Source of the DNA: a virus | Lineage: Duplodnaviria > Caudoviricetes | DNA: 32,874 bases | IMG/VR virus record: IMGVR_UViG_3300029142_000017 | Coordinates: 1-32,874 of that record | Reading direction: 5' to 3' (one strand) | In this document: piece by piece, positions 1 to 8,665 of the stretch | Layout of the letters: each line of letters starts with the position of its first letter | Numbering within the stretch: position 1 is the stretch's first letter | Translations under genes and position numbers: made by a program | The notes under the pieces: model-generated | The model's input: only the letters and a program-made list of their open reading frames with translations | Told to the model about the DNA's origin: nothing | Databases searched by the model: none

Positions 1-1
1 A

Positions 2-1048
2 GTCACGATCCAAGATGGTTTCACGATCAACAAAGAGACAGGTGAGAGACAGCCTAAGTATGTCAATCGTCTGCTGCGTGATCTAGGTGATATGAGTGCT
101 TCGGTACCGATCACAAACGCTTCCTTGGCTTTGCGTAAAGACGAATGGATTCGTTTAGACCAAGCTGTCATCAAGACTGCTCTACCGCGTATGCGTGCGT
201 GGGGAGATTTGCGTGCTGCTAATTCCATCGGTGGATTTGATGGTATGGGCTCAACGATCTTCGAACACGAAGTGATGGATGATCCTGGTATCGCGTACGT
301 CGACATGGACGGACTCACTGAAGGTTCGAATGATGGGGCTCGGTACCAACTACGTGGTACACCGTTGCCGATCATTCACTCTGGCTTCTCAATGAGTGCT
401 CGACAGTTAGCGGTATCACGTAATCGTGGTCAAGCTCTTGATACGACTCGTGCAGAACAAGCCGCACGACGTGTAGCAGAAGAGATTGAGCGTATGACGA
501 TCGGTATCACTGATGGTCTACAGTACGGTTCACAAACGGAATACGATCAAGCATCGAAGATCTGGGGTTACCTCAGTCATCCCGATCGTATTACGAAAAC
601 CGATATGAATGTGCCTAATGGTACGAATGGTGAAGACGTAGTAGCAGACATTCTCGAACTGCGAGATCTGCTCTACAAAGCACACCATTACGGACCATTC
701 CTGATGTACACATCGTGTGATTGGGATCGTTGGTTGGATACTGACTTCAAAGCGGCCGTAAGCGGTACGCTACGTCAACGAATCCAAGCTATCGACGGTA
801 TCAGTTCTATTCGTCGACTAGACTTCCTTGATCCTGCTTACGCTGCTGTGAACAACTACACGGTTATCCTTGTAGATTTGTCCGACAGTACTACGGCACG
901 AGCCATCAACGGTATGGAAATGCGTACCATCCAATGGCTCGGACGAGGTGGTCAAGAGATCAATTTTAAGGTTATGGCTATCCAAGTACCGCAACTACGC
1001 TCAGACTTTTATGGTCACATGGGCTTGGCTGTCGGTAACGCTCCATGA
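2..1048 (+). CDS. Major capsid protein, HK97 fold, encapsulin/Linocin_M18-like; 5'-truncated
   Basis: The frame is open from base 2 to the TGA at 1046-1048, so the ATG at 92 is probably internal. Motifs LRKDEWIRLDQAV and PLPIIHSGFSMSARQLAVSR..GQALDTT.AEQAARRVAEEIE resemble encapsulin-related phage capsids. Head-completion genes follow. Confidence 0.85.
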   Translation, partial: VTIQDGFTINKETGERQPKYVNRLLRDLGDMSASVPITNASLALRKDEWIRLDQAVIKTALPRMRAWGDLRAANSIGGFDGMGSTIFEHEVMDDPGIAYVDMDGLTEGSNDGARYQLRGTPLPIIHSGFSMSARQLAVSRNRGQALDTTRAEQAARRVAEEIERMTIGITDGLQYGSQTEYDQASKIWGYLSHPDRITKTDMNVPNGTNGEDVVADILELRDLLYKAHHYGPFLMYTSCDWDRWLDTDFKAAVSGTLRQRIQAIDGISSIRRLDFLDPAYAAVNNYTVILVDLSDSTTARAINGMEMRTIQWLGRGGQEINFKVMAIQVPQLRSDFYGHMGLAVGNAP

Positions 1049-1064
1049 ACTACAGGAGTAGTTC
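1047..1064 (+). promoter_or_regulatory. Hairpin GAACTAC-AGGA-GTAGTTC overlapping the capsid stop codon
   Basis: Perfect 7-bp stem with a GGA-containing tetraloop. A second CAGGACG lies at 1067-1073. Confidence 0.45.
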
Positions 1065-1123
1065 TGCAGGACGATACTTTGTCTGTTCTCTTAAGTGATT
1101 TTGGGAACGTAGTGATAGAGTAG
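1049..1123 (+). other. Putative stop-codon readthrough extension of the capsid protein (TTGVVLQDDTLSVLLSDFGNVVIE*)
   Basis: In frame after the TGA and ends at TAG 1121-1123. Aligns ungapped with the C-terminus of ORF 2184-2630 (10/22 identical). Confidence 0.65.
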
Positions 1124-1130
1124 CACTTGG

Positions 1131-1180
1131 TAGGCTGACGTAGAGGGTCTCCTACTAAGACTTGTAGGACCCTCTGCCTA
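1131..1180 (+). other. Long imperfect RNA hairpin (mRNA-stabilising or processing element?)
   Basis: Nested pairings TAGGC/GCCTA, AGAGGG/CCCTCT and TCCTAC/GTAGGA. No U-tract follows. Confidence 0.5.
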
Positions 1181-1201
1181 AACCTCAAATTGTCAACAAT
1201 C

Positions 1202-1270
1202 AGTCGCTGTGGGCTAAGCAAGCCGCCAAACTTCGGTGAGGAGATGTAAGTGCAAATCTTACTGGCGACT
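1202..1270 (+). ncRNA. tRNA-like cloverleaf without an anticodon loop (cUUCGg cap)
   Basis: Acceptor AGTCGCTG/TGGCGACT, D-like arm GGCT-AAGCA-AGCC, arm CCAAAC-TTCG-GTGAGG, T-arm GTAAG-TGCAAAT-CTTAC. Confidence 0.6.
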
Positions 1271-1314
1271 CTCTTTCTTACAACTAATCAAACCAAATAC
1301 ATTGGAGCTTAACA

Positions 1315-1767
1315 ATGCCGAAAGCAAAAACCCAACCAGAAGCAGAACAACCTTCCACTAAGAAAAAACGTCTAACACCGTTTGGTAAGGGTGAATACTT
1401 GTACAAAGTCAAAGCAGGTATGCACGCGTGTAAAAGGTTGGTGGTCGACGAAGAGACTGGTAAAGAAGTTTGGAAGAAAGAGTCAGTTGAGAAGGGTGAT
1501 CTGTTCTACAGTGAAACGGATCTAAGCTACATCAACCATGCATCTACAAAATTCGAACTAGTCGACGGACCAGACAAGAAAGTGGACAAGGGTGCTGTGA
1601 AGACCAAGGTTGAAAAGCACACCATGGAAAAGTTGATGAACTCTCACAGCCAAGACAAGCTGGAAGAGATGCTCAACGAAGCGGAATTACCGGTGGCAAG
1701 TAGCAAGGCAGAAAATGCCAAAGTACTAGCCGATTACCTCAATTCGCTTGAAGAAGTAGGAGCCTAA
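1315..1767 (+). CDS. Hypothetical Lys/Glu-rich protein with a C-terminal helix-extended-helix-like motif
   Basis: 150-aa ORF with a GGAGCTT RBS, in the usual slot after the capsid gene. C-terminal DKLEEMLNEAELPVASSKAENAKVL resembles SAP/HeH motifs. Confidence 0.7.
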   Translation: MPKAKTQPEAEQPSTKKKRLTPFGKGEYLYKVKAGMHACKRLVVDEETGKEVWKKESVEKGDLFYSETDLSYINHASTKFELVDGPDKKVDKGAVKTKVEKHTMEKLMNSHSQDKLEEMLNEAELPVASSKAENAKVLADYLNSLEEVGA

Positions 1768-1770
1768 TCG

Positions 1771-2181
1771 ATGGCTGTAAGGTCAACACCAAACCAGGTA
1801 CGGGGTATTGCCCCAAACATACCAAAGAGTGTGGACCTTACTCCATTCATTCAAAAAGCTTCCCTATTCGTTAAGAGAATCGTAGCAAATTTGGCAGACA
1901 GCGAGTGTAGTTTAGACGAAGAAGATTTAGAAGCAATCGAATGCTACCTCGCTGCACACATGTACTACACAGACCCCGGTAGCCAAGTACTACAGAGCAA
2001 GAAAGTTGGTCGATCATCAGAAACTTATGCAGTATCCTCAAACCCTAATGCAAAGGGGTTCAATGCAACCAAGTTCGGTGAAATGGCTATGCTCCTAGAT
2101 TGTACAGGAACCTTGCAAAGCACAGTAACAGTTCAAGTAGCGTGGTTAGGTACGGAATGTCCTACTGAATCAGGCTGGTAA
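1771..2181 (+). CDS. Head-tail adaptor / head completion protein (gp6/DUF4054-like)
   Basis: YLAAH and ATKFG motifs, size (136 aa) and position after the capsid gene. Confidence 0.75.
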   Translation: MAVRSTPNQVRGIAPNIPKSVDLTPFIQKASLFVKRIVANLADSECSLDEEDLEAIECYLAAHMYYTDPGSQVLQSKKVGRSSETYAVSSNPNAKGFNATKFGEMAMLLDCTGTLQSTVTVQVAWLGTECPTESGW

Positions 2182-2183
2182 AT

Positions 2184-2630
2184 ATGACTGACATTAACGA
2201 AGACTGTTTAGACCAACCTTATATCCTGTTCGCATCGACCAAACGATTCAACAGGCAGGGGGAAGCAGTACTCGAACAGGGTCAACAAATTTACGCTTGG
2301 GCTGAAACACACCTAGAAGAACCGTTTGACACGACAGGTAAAGGAAGAGCAATTCGCCACGAATTGAAAGTGGCACAAGACATAGGTATTCATTCGGTAC
2401 TTCTCCCAGGACTACTAACTGATATAGCAAGCAATGACTATTGCACTGTTTTACAAGTAGTTGGTTTCGAAAAGTACAGATGCTTATCAGATCCGGACTC
2501 ATACGATCGCTGGATAAAGGTAGTCTACTATCGCAAGAAGATTATCGTAAATCCAGATGGAACAGTTCTAATAGACGATATAGGTGTCACTGTGATTTCA
2601 GACAATAACGAATTGGTTATAGAGGGTTAA
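2184..2630 (+). CDS. Putative head-closure protein with an acidic C-terminal triple-repeat peptide
   Basis: Synteny after the adaptor and a beta-rich core. C-terminal GTVLIDDIGVTVISDNNELVIEG. Confidence 0.55.
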   Translation: MTDINEDCLDQPYILFASTKRFNRQGEAVLEQGQQIYAWAETHLEEPFDTTGKGRAIRHELKVAQDIGIHSVLLPGLLTDIASNDYCTVLQVVGFEKYRCLSDPDSYDRWIKVVYYRKKIIVNPDGTVLIDDIGVTVISDNNELVIEG

Positions 2631-2635
2631 ACATC

Positions 2636-3439
2636 ATGGGAACACCATTTACAACATTCCCTATCACGACCAAAGACAAATCAGATTTAGGTGCGGCAAT
2701 AGACCCGCCTGCTGGTTCATGTGGTATTGGATATAGAGATACTGGCGGAAGTGTCTTCGAATTCTTCGCCTTCAGCTTTGACAATTTAGGTGGTACTTCC
2801 GAAGAGGTTATCAGAGCAGTCAGCTACCAAATCGGTGGTACAGGTGCTGTACTTAGCGGGTACTTAGTCTCGACGGACGGTGGTGCTACAACTTACATAG
2901 CTAACGCCGGAGCACTAGATACGCCAATCGCAACAGCGGTAGAACGATTAGAAGGCTGGAAGACAGAACAGATAACCTTCGTCAATGGTGAGTCAGATTT
3001 AACGTTTGGTACGCCAGTTGGTGAAGTCATACTGTATGACACAATCGGACGAGTTGTGTTAGGAACCAATCGAGGTTTCACTCTATCAGGAGCCAATGGT
3101 GATCATGTAACGCTTGATGGTAATGCTGGTCCTACTCAAGTAATTCCTGATGGAACATATACCGTTGGCTATTACGTAGTTGCTCCTATTGGTGGTGTAA
3201 CATTCACACTTCGTGAGCCAGATACGTTTGCAGCCGATGGGGCAATTGATTCCGATACGGTCAACATTGCTGAAATCACTGGTGGAACATCATTCACTAT
3301 CGGTGGTACTCGTCGTTCCCTTCGAATAGTTAACAGAACAAGCAACATCATTACAGTGGATACAGTATCCATTAACGGCAAAACATCTACACAACTATAC
3401 AATGCTGGAGGAGGTTGGACCAAAGATGTCGACCTATAA
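2636..3439 (+). CDS. Gly/Thr-rich structural protein, putative fibre or fibre adaptor; no signal peptide
   Basis: 267 aa, beta-rich. C-terminal module RSLRIVN...LYNAGGGW resembles the C-termini of the downstream fibre-like proteins. Confidence 0.55.
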   Translation: MGTPFTTFPITTKDKSDLGAAIDPPAGSCGIGYRDTGGSVFEFFAFSFDNLGGTSEEVIRAVSYQIGGTGAVLSGYLVSTDGGATTYIANAGALDTPIATAVERLEGWKTEQITFVNGESDLTFGTPVGEVILYDTIGRVVLGTNRGFTLSGANGDHVTLDGNAGPTQVIPDGTYTVGYYVVAPIGGVTFTLREPDTFAADGAIDSDTVNIAEITGGTSFTIGGTRRSLRIVNRTSNIITVDTVSINGKTSTQLYNAGGGWTKDVDL

Positions 3440-6209
3440 ACAACTGTTAGCCGTGTTGGTGCTTTGCGGAATATTCAACGCAGCCCATGCTCAAGTCCCA
3501 GCACGCCACATAGAAACGATTAGCCGTGCTCGTCACGTTGATACCATTGCAGATTTAGGTGGGTTCAACAACGCAGCAGGTACAGACGATCTCAAGGACA
3601 CTGAGAAAGTGTTCGTTAAAGAGGTAGGGTCATGGTTCGTTTACGATGCTGCTAGTGTCGCAACCGCTGACAACGTCAAGATCGTAGACGCTGGTTTGTA
3701 CGCGGGTAACTTCGTTCTAGAGCATGAAGGTGCGGTAATACCTTATACAACGGCTGAACGTGCTGCCCTACGATTGCCTGTAGGCTCATACGCTCTGGTC
3801 AAAGATACAGACGACGGTAACCTGTATGAGGCCCTCGGTACTGGTCCGGGTACTGCCCCTACATACACAGCCTTAGGTACTGCTGATGACGACTATAGCA
3901 ACAGCGTAGGTACGATCGCAGCGATGCAAGCTCTAACCACGATACCTATCGGTACGAACGTATTCGTGGCGGGTGACCGTGGAGGTCATTTCACCGTTGT
4001 TACTGACGCTACATCAACTGATGATGGTGGTACGTACTTTGATGGGACGGGAAGGGACTTTCAGAGGCAAATAGCCGGTAATCACGTATACGTTAATTGG
4101 TGGGATACAACAACAGCAGATGATCTCACCGCAATTCAATCTGCTATGGACTACGCATCCGCTAACGGCATCAACGTTGTTCAATTCAACGCAGAGACGT
4201 ACACACCCTCAGACGAACTATACGTTCGAAGTAACGTACATCTTAAGGGTGCAGGAGAAGGCAAAACGATTGTCCAGCGAGCACAAGGAACAATCCTCGC
4301 TCAAGAAGCAATATTCGCGATCATCAACTACACGAGTTCAACGAATACTACGTACGTCGCTGATAGCCGAAACATTCGAATTAGCTACATGACGCTTGAT
4401 TTTAATTTCGCAACGTGGCAAGACTTTACCCCAGCGATAAAAATTGATGGTAGGGGGTTGGTGACAGGTGATGTCGATGCGATGGAAAACATTGAAATCG
4501 ACCACATTACATTTATTGACTCGGGCGGTGTTGTACCAACAGGGACACCGGATGCTTGGTGTGTCCAGGCGAATTCAAGAGCACAAAGTTGTACTAATCT
4601 GCAAATACACCATTGTCGCTCGCCCGAATGGCATCAACTAGTTACAGCCGGTGGTGGTGTCGGATGGGATGGGATTTGGTATTACAACAACTATGTTTAC
4701 CATCCTCGTGATAACGGTATGACAGTCGTAACCACGTACGATGACGTTACAGATGGTGCTGGGGCTTTAGGAACAGTAACTCATAATCGTAATGTACACA
4801 TTTACGACAACACAATTGTTGGACCAACTCAATATGGAATTTGGGTGGGAACTGATGCGAGTGCAAGAGGTATCGGAGCCAGGTTAACCAATGTTGCAAT
4901 CACAAACAATACAATCATTCAGGATGATTTTGTAGATGTAATAGGAAGCCCGGACCGAATTGGTATTGGTGTTACGGGCTGTGAATCAGAATTGTCGAAA
5001 CTGGTTATTGAAGGGAATACGGTCCGTTACACTGACAGCGTAGATGCAAACACTGATTATGCGATTCTTATCAGGCCAAACCCTACTAACGTCACTGACA
5101 CAACCACATTGGCTGCATTTACACAACCCGCAGTAGGTGCAACTGTCAATATCACATTTGGAACTGACCCCGATATACGAGATAAATGTTGGTTAGCTAT
5201 TGGTGATGCTACAAACGCTGGAGGGCTTTACAGAGTAACTGCAGTAGTGGGAGCAGGTGTATATACCGTCGAGCGATATGATTATCCAATCGGTGCTACT
5301 GATGCGACTGTAGTTCCTGCCGGTACCGACGTGGTCACAAAAATGATGGTCGAAGATGTGTTGATAGCGAATAACGTTTGCGATGGGCCGATTGAAGTCA
5401 GGAATGTTATTGACGGTAAGATTCTCGGTAACACGTGCAGCGACTCACCCGCAGTTACAAACCGTTCAATGATGATACAGGATGCTGTTAACGTTTTAGC
5501 AGCGAACAACATCCTAAAAGTCGATCCCATGTGGATGCAATACAACGTCCAAGCTCAAGCGGTTAACAACGTGTTTGATCAACCTGCCCTTGGCGGTGGT
5601 TGGATACAAATGAAGGCTAATACGGACCCGGAAGGACGATCGCCTCACATAGCTGCACACCTATCGGGAAACATGCCCGTGGGTGGAGGTTCGATGACAA
5701 AACTGATTGGCCAAACTGGTGTCGGTACTCACAGTTTAACTGGTCAAATTATGCAGAATGGTACTCCAGAAGGTGTAGTTATTGCAGACATCGGAACCAC
5801 TATGCAACGTGTCAATGGTTCTGGTACTGCTTTTTGGTTGAAATCTACAGGTACAGGGAACACCGGTTGGATTGATTTAAGTTCAGGTTCAGCAATCGTC
5901 ACCGATACCACAGACGGTCTTCAACGTCGCCATGGTATCGCAAATATAGCTGCCGACAGTTTTGCACTAACCGATGGCAACAACTATGAGATGACTGGTA
6001 CGTTCACGTTGACGACTCTTACAGGTGGGACAGATGGTCGATCAATCGCAATACTAGTGCCTATCACCGGTTCTGTCACAGACGCTGGGAATATTAATCT
6101 AAGCAATCAAGGTAACATCATCACTCCTACGGGTGAGACGTGGCTCCATCTGATTTGGCATGATGGGGACAGTGAGTGGAAAGAGTACATCCCGAGGGTT
6201 GAGGACTAA
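3426..6209 (+). CDS. Tailspike/depolymerase-like right-handed beta-helix protein with an N-terminal signal peptide
   Basis: Start moved to ATG 3426 (GGAGG upstream). MSTYKQLLAVLVLCGIFNAAHA|Q. Pectate_lyase_3-like entry motif YVNWW..DDLTAIQSAMD..SNVHLKGAG, and many I.NN.I beta-helix rungs. Confidence 0.8.
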   Translation: MSTYKQLLAVLVLCGIFNAAHAQVPARHIETISRARHVDTIADLGGFNNAAGTDDLKDTEKVFVKEVGSWFVYDAASVATADNVKIVDAGLYAGNFVLEHEGAVIPYTTAERAALRLPVGSYALVKDTDDGNLYEALGTGPGTAPTYTALGTADDDYSNSVGTIAAMQALTTIPIGTNVFVAGDRGGHFTVVTDATSTDDGGTYFDGTGRDFQRQIAGNHVYVNWWDTTTADDLTAIQSAMDYASANGINVVQFNAETYTPSDELYVRSNVHLKGAGEGKTIVQRAQGTILAQEAIFAIINYTSSTNTTYVADSRNIRISYMTLDFNFATWQDFTPAIKIDGRGLVTGDVDAMENIEIDHITFIDSGGVVPTGTPDAWCVQANSRAQSCTNLQIHHCRSPEWHQLVTAGGGVGWDGIWYYNNYVYHPRDNGMTVVTTYDDVTDGAGALGTVTHNRNVHIYDNTIVGPTQYGIWVGTDASARGIGARLTNVAITNNTIIQDDFVDVIGSPDRIGIGVTGCESELSKLVIEGNTVRYTDSVDANTDYAILIRPNPTNVTDTTTLAAFTQPAVGATVNITFGTDPDIRDKCWLAIGDATNAGGLYRVTAVVGAGVYTVERYDYPIGATDATVVPAGTDVVTKMMVEDVLIANNVCDGPIEVRNVIDGKILGNTCSDSPAVTNRSMMIQDAVNVLAANNILKVDPMWMQYNVQAQAVNNVFDQPALGGGWIQMKANTDPEGRSPHIAAHLSGNMPVGGGSMTKLIGQTGVGTHSLTGQIMQNGTPEGVVIADIGTTMQRVNGSGTAFWLKSTGTGNTGWIDLSSGSAIVTDTTDGLQRRHGIANIAADSFALTDGNNYEMTGTFTLTTLTGGTDGRSIAILVPITGSVTDAGNINLSNQGNIITPTGETWLHLIWHDGDSEWKEYIPRVED

Positions 6210-6211
6210 TA

Positions 6212-8500
6212 ATGATGAAACGCTATACACTACTAGTTTGGCTGCTACTAGCTTCGGCATGCTTTGCCCAGAAACCTAATCAGATATCATTCAATGATTG
6301 GACCAGGTTGAACAACCAACATGGTTACGCTGACGGTACAGTTGTTACGGTTAACTTCAATGGTATGGAGCTGGAGTACCGATACGACGCGACATCAGCA
6401 GCGACGGTCAACAGTACTGTGACCGGACCTGGTACGATTGCCGATGGCGATGAAGTGGCGGATGGTGTTGACGGTGGGAATGGTCGGTGGTTGTTGCAAT
6501 ACAAAGGGCCGGTAAATGTTCTTTGGTGGGGAACTCCTAACGACAACACCGGAACAGCTGAAACGGGTATCGAAGCGGCGATGAATTACGTTGCTGGTTC
6601 GGCAACAGATACAACTGTTTTCATTCCGACAGGTGAGTACCGAGTCACAACTACAATCGACGTACCACAAGGTGTGCGAGTCGAAGGTGACGGAAGTGAT
6701 GAGGGTGATTCGGTTATTCGACCGACGATCTCAGATGGTACTGCTACGATGAAGTGGGCTAGCGGTGCTTTCAGACCCTATCTTGCCAACATCAAAATCA
6801 AGGGTGCAAATGCCACAGTTGGGACACCAGCATCAAAAACTAATACGATCGGTGTTGAATGGGAATCGTTAACGACTCGCGGCACGATTAAAGATGTTCA
6901 GGTGCAATTTTGCCAAACAGGATTCTTGTTACATGGTCATATACATGACGTTCGCGGGGCGTATTCAAACGAATGTGTTATCGGTTTTGACTTAGATGGG
7001 TTCAATGCATGTTCCGCGAATCTATGGACTGAACATTGTGAGCAATCTGTAAACGCAGTAAACTGTACGACAACGCACTTCGATGCACTGTTAATGGAGG
7101 GTCGAGATGCTCAAAGTGGCTTGGTGATGGATGGTTGTACGGGCTTGACAATCAATGCGATGCACTGCGAATGGCATACTGGTGTCAATAATGGCTCGTT
7201 GACACAAGCCGTAAGAATTGGAGCAACGACAACGTGCAAGAACATTGTGTTCCTTGGTGGTAGTATCTTTGTCGAAGACGGGGTTGATACAGCGGCCACC
7301 GTTTTAGTTGATAGAGCAGAGAACATTATATTCGACGGACTTTCTTTTTCGGCCGCCGATGCTTCGTCTCGTCGACCTTACGAGTTCACGGCAAATTCGT
7401 CGGACGTCCAACTGAGAGCGTCAACAGCTGGCAACAGTGCCCATAAGGGCGGCTTTTTAGATACAAGTGAAAACTTCACCGGGAAAGAACTAATTAATTT
7501 AACTACCGATCCAAACTTCAAAAATGGAACGTCTAGCTTCTCGGCAGTGATACCGCAGAACGCTGTGTTTTCTGCGACTGAAACGACATTGACTAGATTC
7601 GGCGGGAATGCAATTAGGCTTACACCCAACCGAACTGGATCGACAATTGAAAGAGTCATACTAGACTTTAATGCCGCTGACGTTGCCCGTCTAGCTGGTA
7701 AGACCATAACCGTTGGTGCCTGGGTTTACCTTGAAAATTACAACGACCCAACAACCACAGTTCCGCTGGTTCAAATTCGTGATGAAACAGCCGCAGTGTC
7801 CTATAACAGCCGCTCGTTGAACTTTGTGGTTGATAAATGGGCGTTTGCTGTCTTTGATGCCGCAGTAGATGCGGCAACAACCGACGTGTCACTAAGAATC
7901 AATGGCACGCAAAGCACTAATGTTCCACCAGTCGGTGCGTCGATGATCGTTGACCAAATAGTCATTGCAGAAGGCAATCAAAGTGTTTCCGAAATGTTGC
8001 AACTATCAATCAAGGAATCAATCGACGACGGCGATTACGACGGTACAATCAACGACGTAACCGATCTAGCAACACTAGATCTTCCTATTGGAACCAATGT
8101 TTACGTATCGGGGTCTCGTGGAGGTCAATTCACTTGTGTCGCGGATGGTACTAGCACTGCCTCGGAAAACTATTTCGATGGTCCAACAAACGATTGGGAA
8201 AGACGTCGGCAAGTTGAGATTCATGAAATTATTCTCGCGGCGGATTTAGACACCACGCCAAGCGTTCAAGGTGTTCGGGTACTTCGCGTTCAAAATTCTG
8301 CCGCAACAACAATCACCAACTTCGATGATCCAGCCGACGGACAACGTCTAACCGTTCTCGTTCAAGATGCGAACACAACAATTGCTGACGGTACTAATCT
8401 AGAAATGTACGGCGTTAGCTACACGGCTGCGGCTGGGAACGCATCATTCGAATACATTTACGACGGAACTATTTGGCAACTCACAAGCCGAGAAGAATAG
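6212..8500 (+). CDS. Tailspike-like beta-helix plus carbohydrate-binding-like domain, with a signal peptide
   Basis: MMKRYTLLVWLLLASACFA|Q. Beta-helix entry VNVLWWG..IEAAM..VFIPTGEYRV..GVRVEGDG. CBM-like NLTTDPNF..GKTITVGAWVY..IVDQIVIAEG. Confidence 0.8.
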   Translation: MMKRYTLLVWLLLASACFAQKPNQISFNDWTRLNNQHGYADGTVVTVNFNGMELEYRYDATSAATVNSTVTGPGTIADGDEVADGVDGGNGRWLLQYKGPVNVLWWGTPNDNTGTAETGIEAAMNYVAGSATDTTVFIPTGEYRVTTTIDVPQGVRVEGDGSDEGDSVIRPTISDGTATMKWASGAFRPYLANIKIKGANATVGTPASKTNTIGVEWESLTTRGTIKDVQVQFCQTGFLLHGHIHDVRGAYSNECVIGFDLDGFNACSANLWTEHCEQSVNAVNCTTTHFDALLMEGRDAQSGLVMDGCTGLTINAMHCEWHTGVNNGSLTQAVRIGATTTCKNIVFLGGSIFVEDGVDTAATVLVDRAENIIFDGLSFSAADASSRRPYEFTANSSDVQLRASTAGNSAHKGGFLDTSENFTGKELINLTTDPNFKNGTSSFSAVIPQNAVFSATETTLTRFGGNAIRLTPNRTGSTIERVILDFNAADVARLAGKTITVGAWVYLENYNDPTTTVPLVQIRDETAAVSYNSRSLNFVVDKWAFAVFDAAVDAATTDVSLRINGTQSTNVPPVGASMIVDQIVIAEGNQSVSEMLQLSIKESIDDGDYDGTINDVTDLATLDLPIGTNVYVSGSRGGQFTCVADGTSTASENYFDGPTNDWERRRQVEIHEIILAADLDTTPSVQGVRVLRVQNSAATTITNFDDPADGQRLTVLVQDANTTIADGTNLEMYGVSYTAAAGNASFEYIYDGTIWQLTSREE

Positions 8501-8623
8501 ATGTCTGACCCATTCGACAGCTTAGGCGATCTTCTCTACCTAATAGGATATGCAATCCTAGGAGGTGCAGCTTTGCTGATAGCTCTAGTAGTCATGATAT
8601 TCACCCGACGCGACAACGACTAA
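8501..8623 (+). CDS. 40-aa single-pass membrane protein, not in the ORF track
   Basis: ATG directly after the upstream TAG. MSDPFDSLGDLLYLIGYAILGGAALLIALVVMIFTRRDND*: one hydrophobic helix followed by RR. Confidence 0.6.
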   Translation: MSDPFDSLGDLLYLIGYAILGGAALLIALVVMIFTRRDND

Positions 8624-8665
8624 CCAAACACAACTCTCCCCAGAGAAACTAGTAGGAATTAAACA

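Noticed and set aside
1046-1080. Selenocysteine insertion at the capsid UGA (hairpin 3' of the stop, GCAGG reminiscent of a bacterial SECIS)
   Set aside because: The stem is weak, there is no redox-motif context, and none of the tRNA-like RNAs has a UCA anticodon. Simple leaky readthrough is more parsimonious, though Sec is not excluded.
1045-1098. Small ORF MNYRSSSAGRYFVCSLK starting at an ATGA overlap
   Set aside because: No RBS and no recognisable features. The capsid-frame extension has independent homology support.
1103-1130. GGGAACGTAGTGATAGAGTAGCAC resembles a tRNA 5' half
   Set aside because: No matching acceptor 3' strand or T-arm nearby, and it lies mostly within the proposed readthrough coding region.
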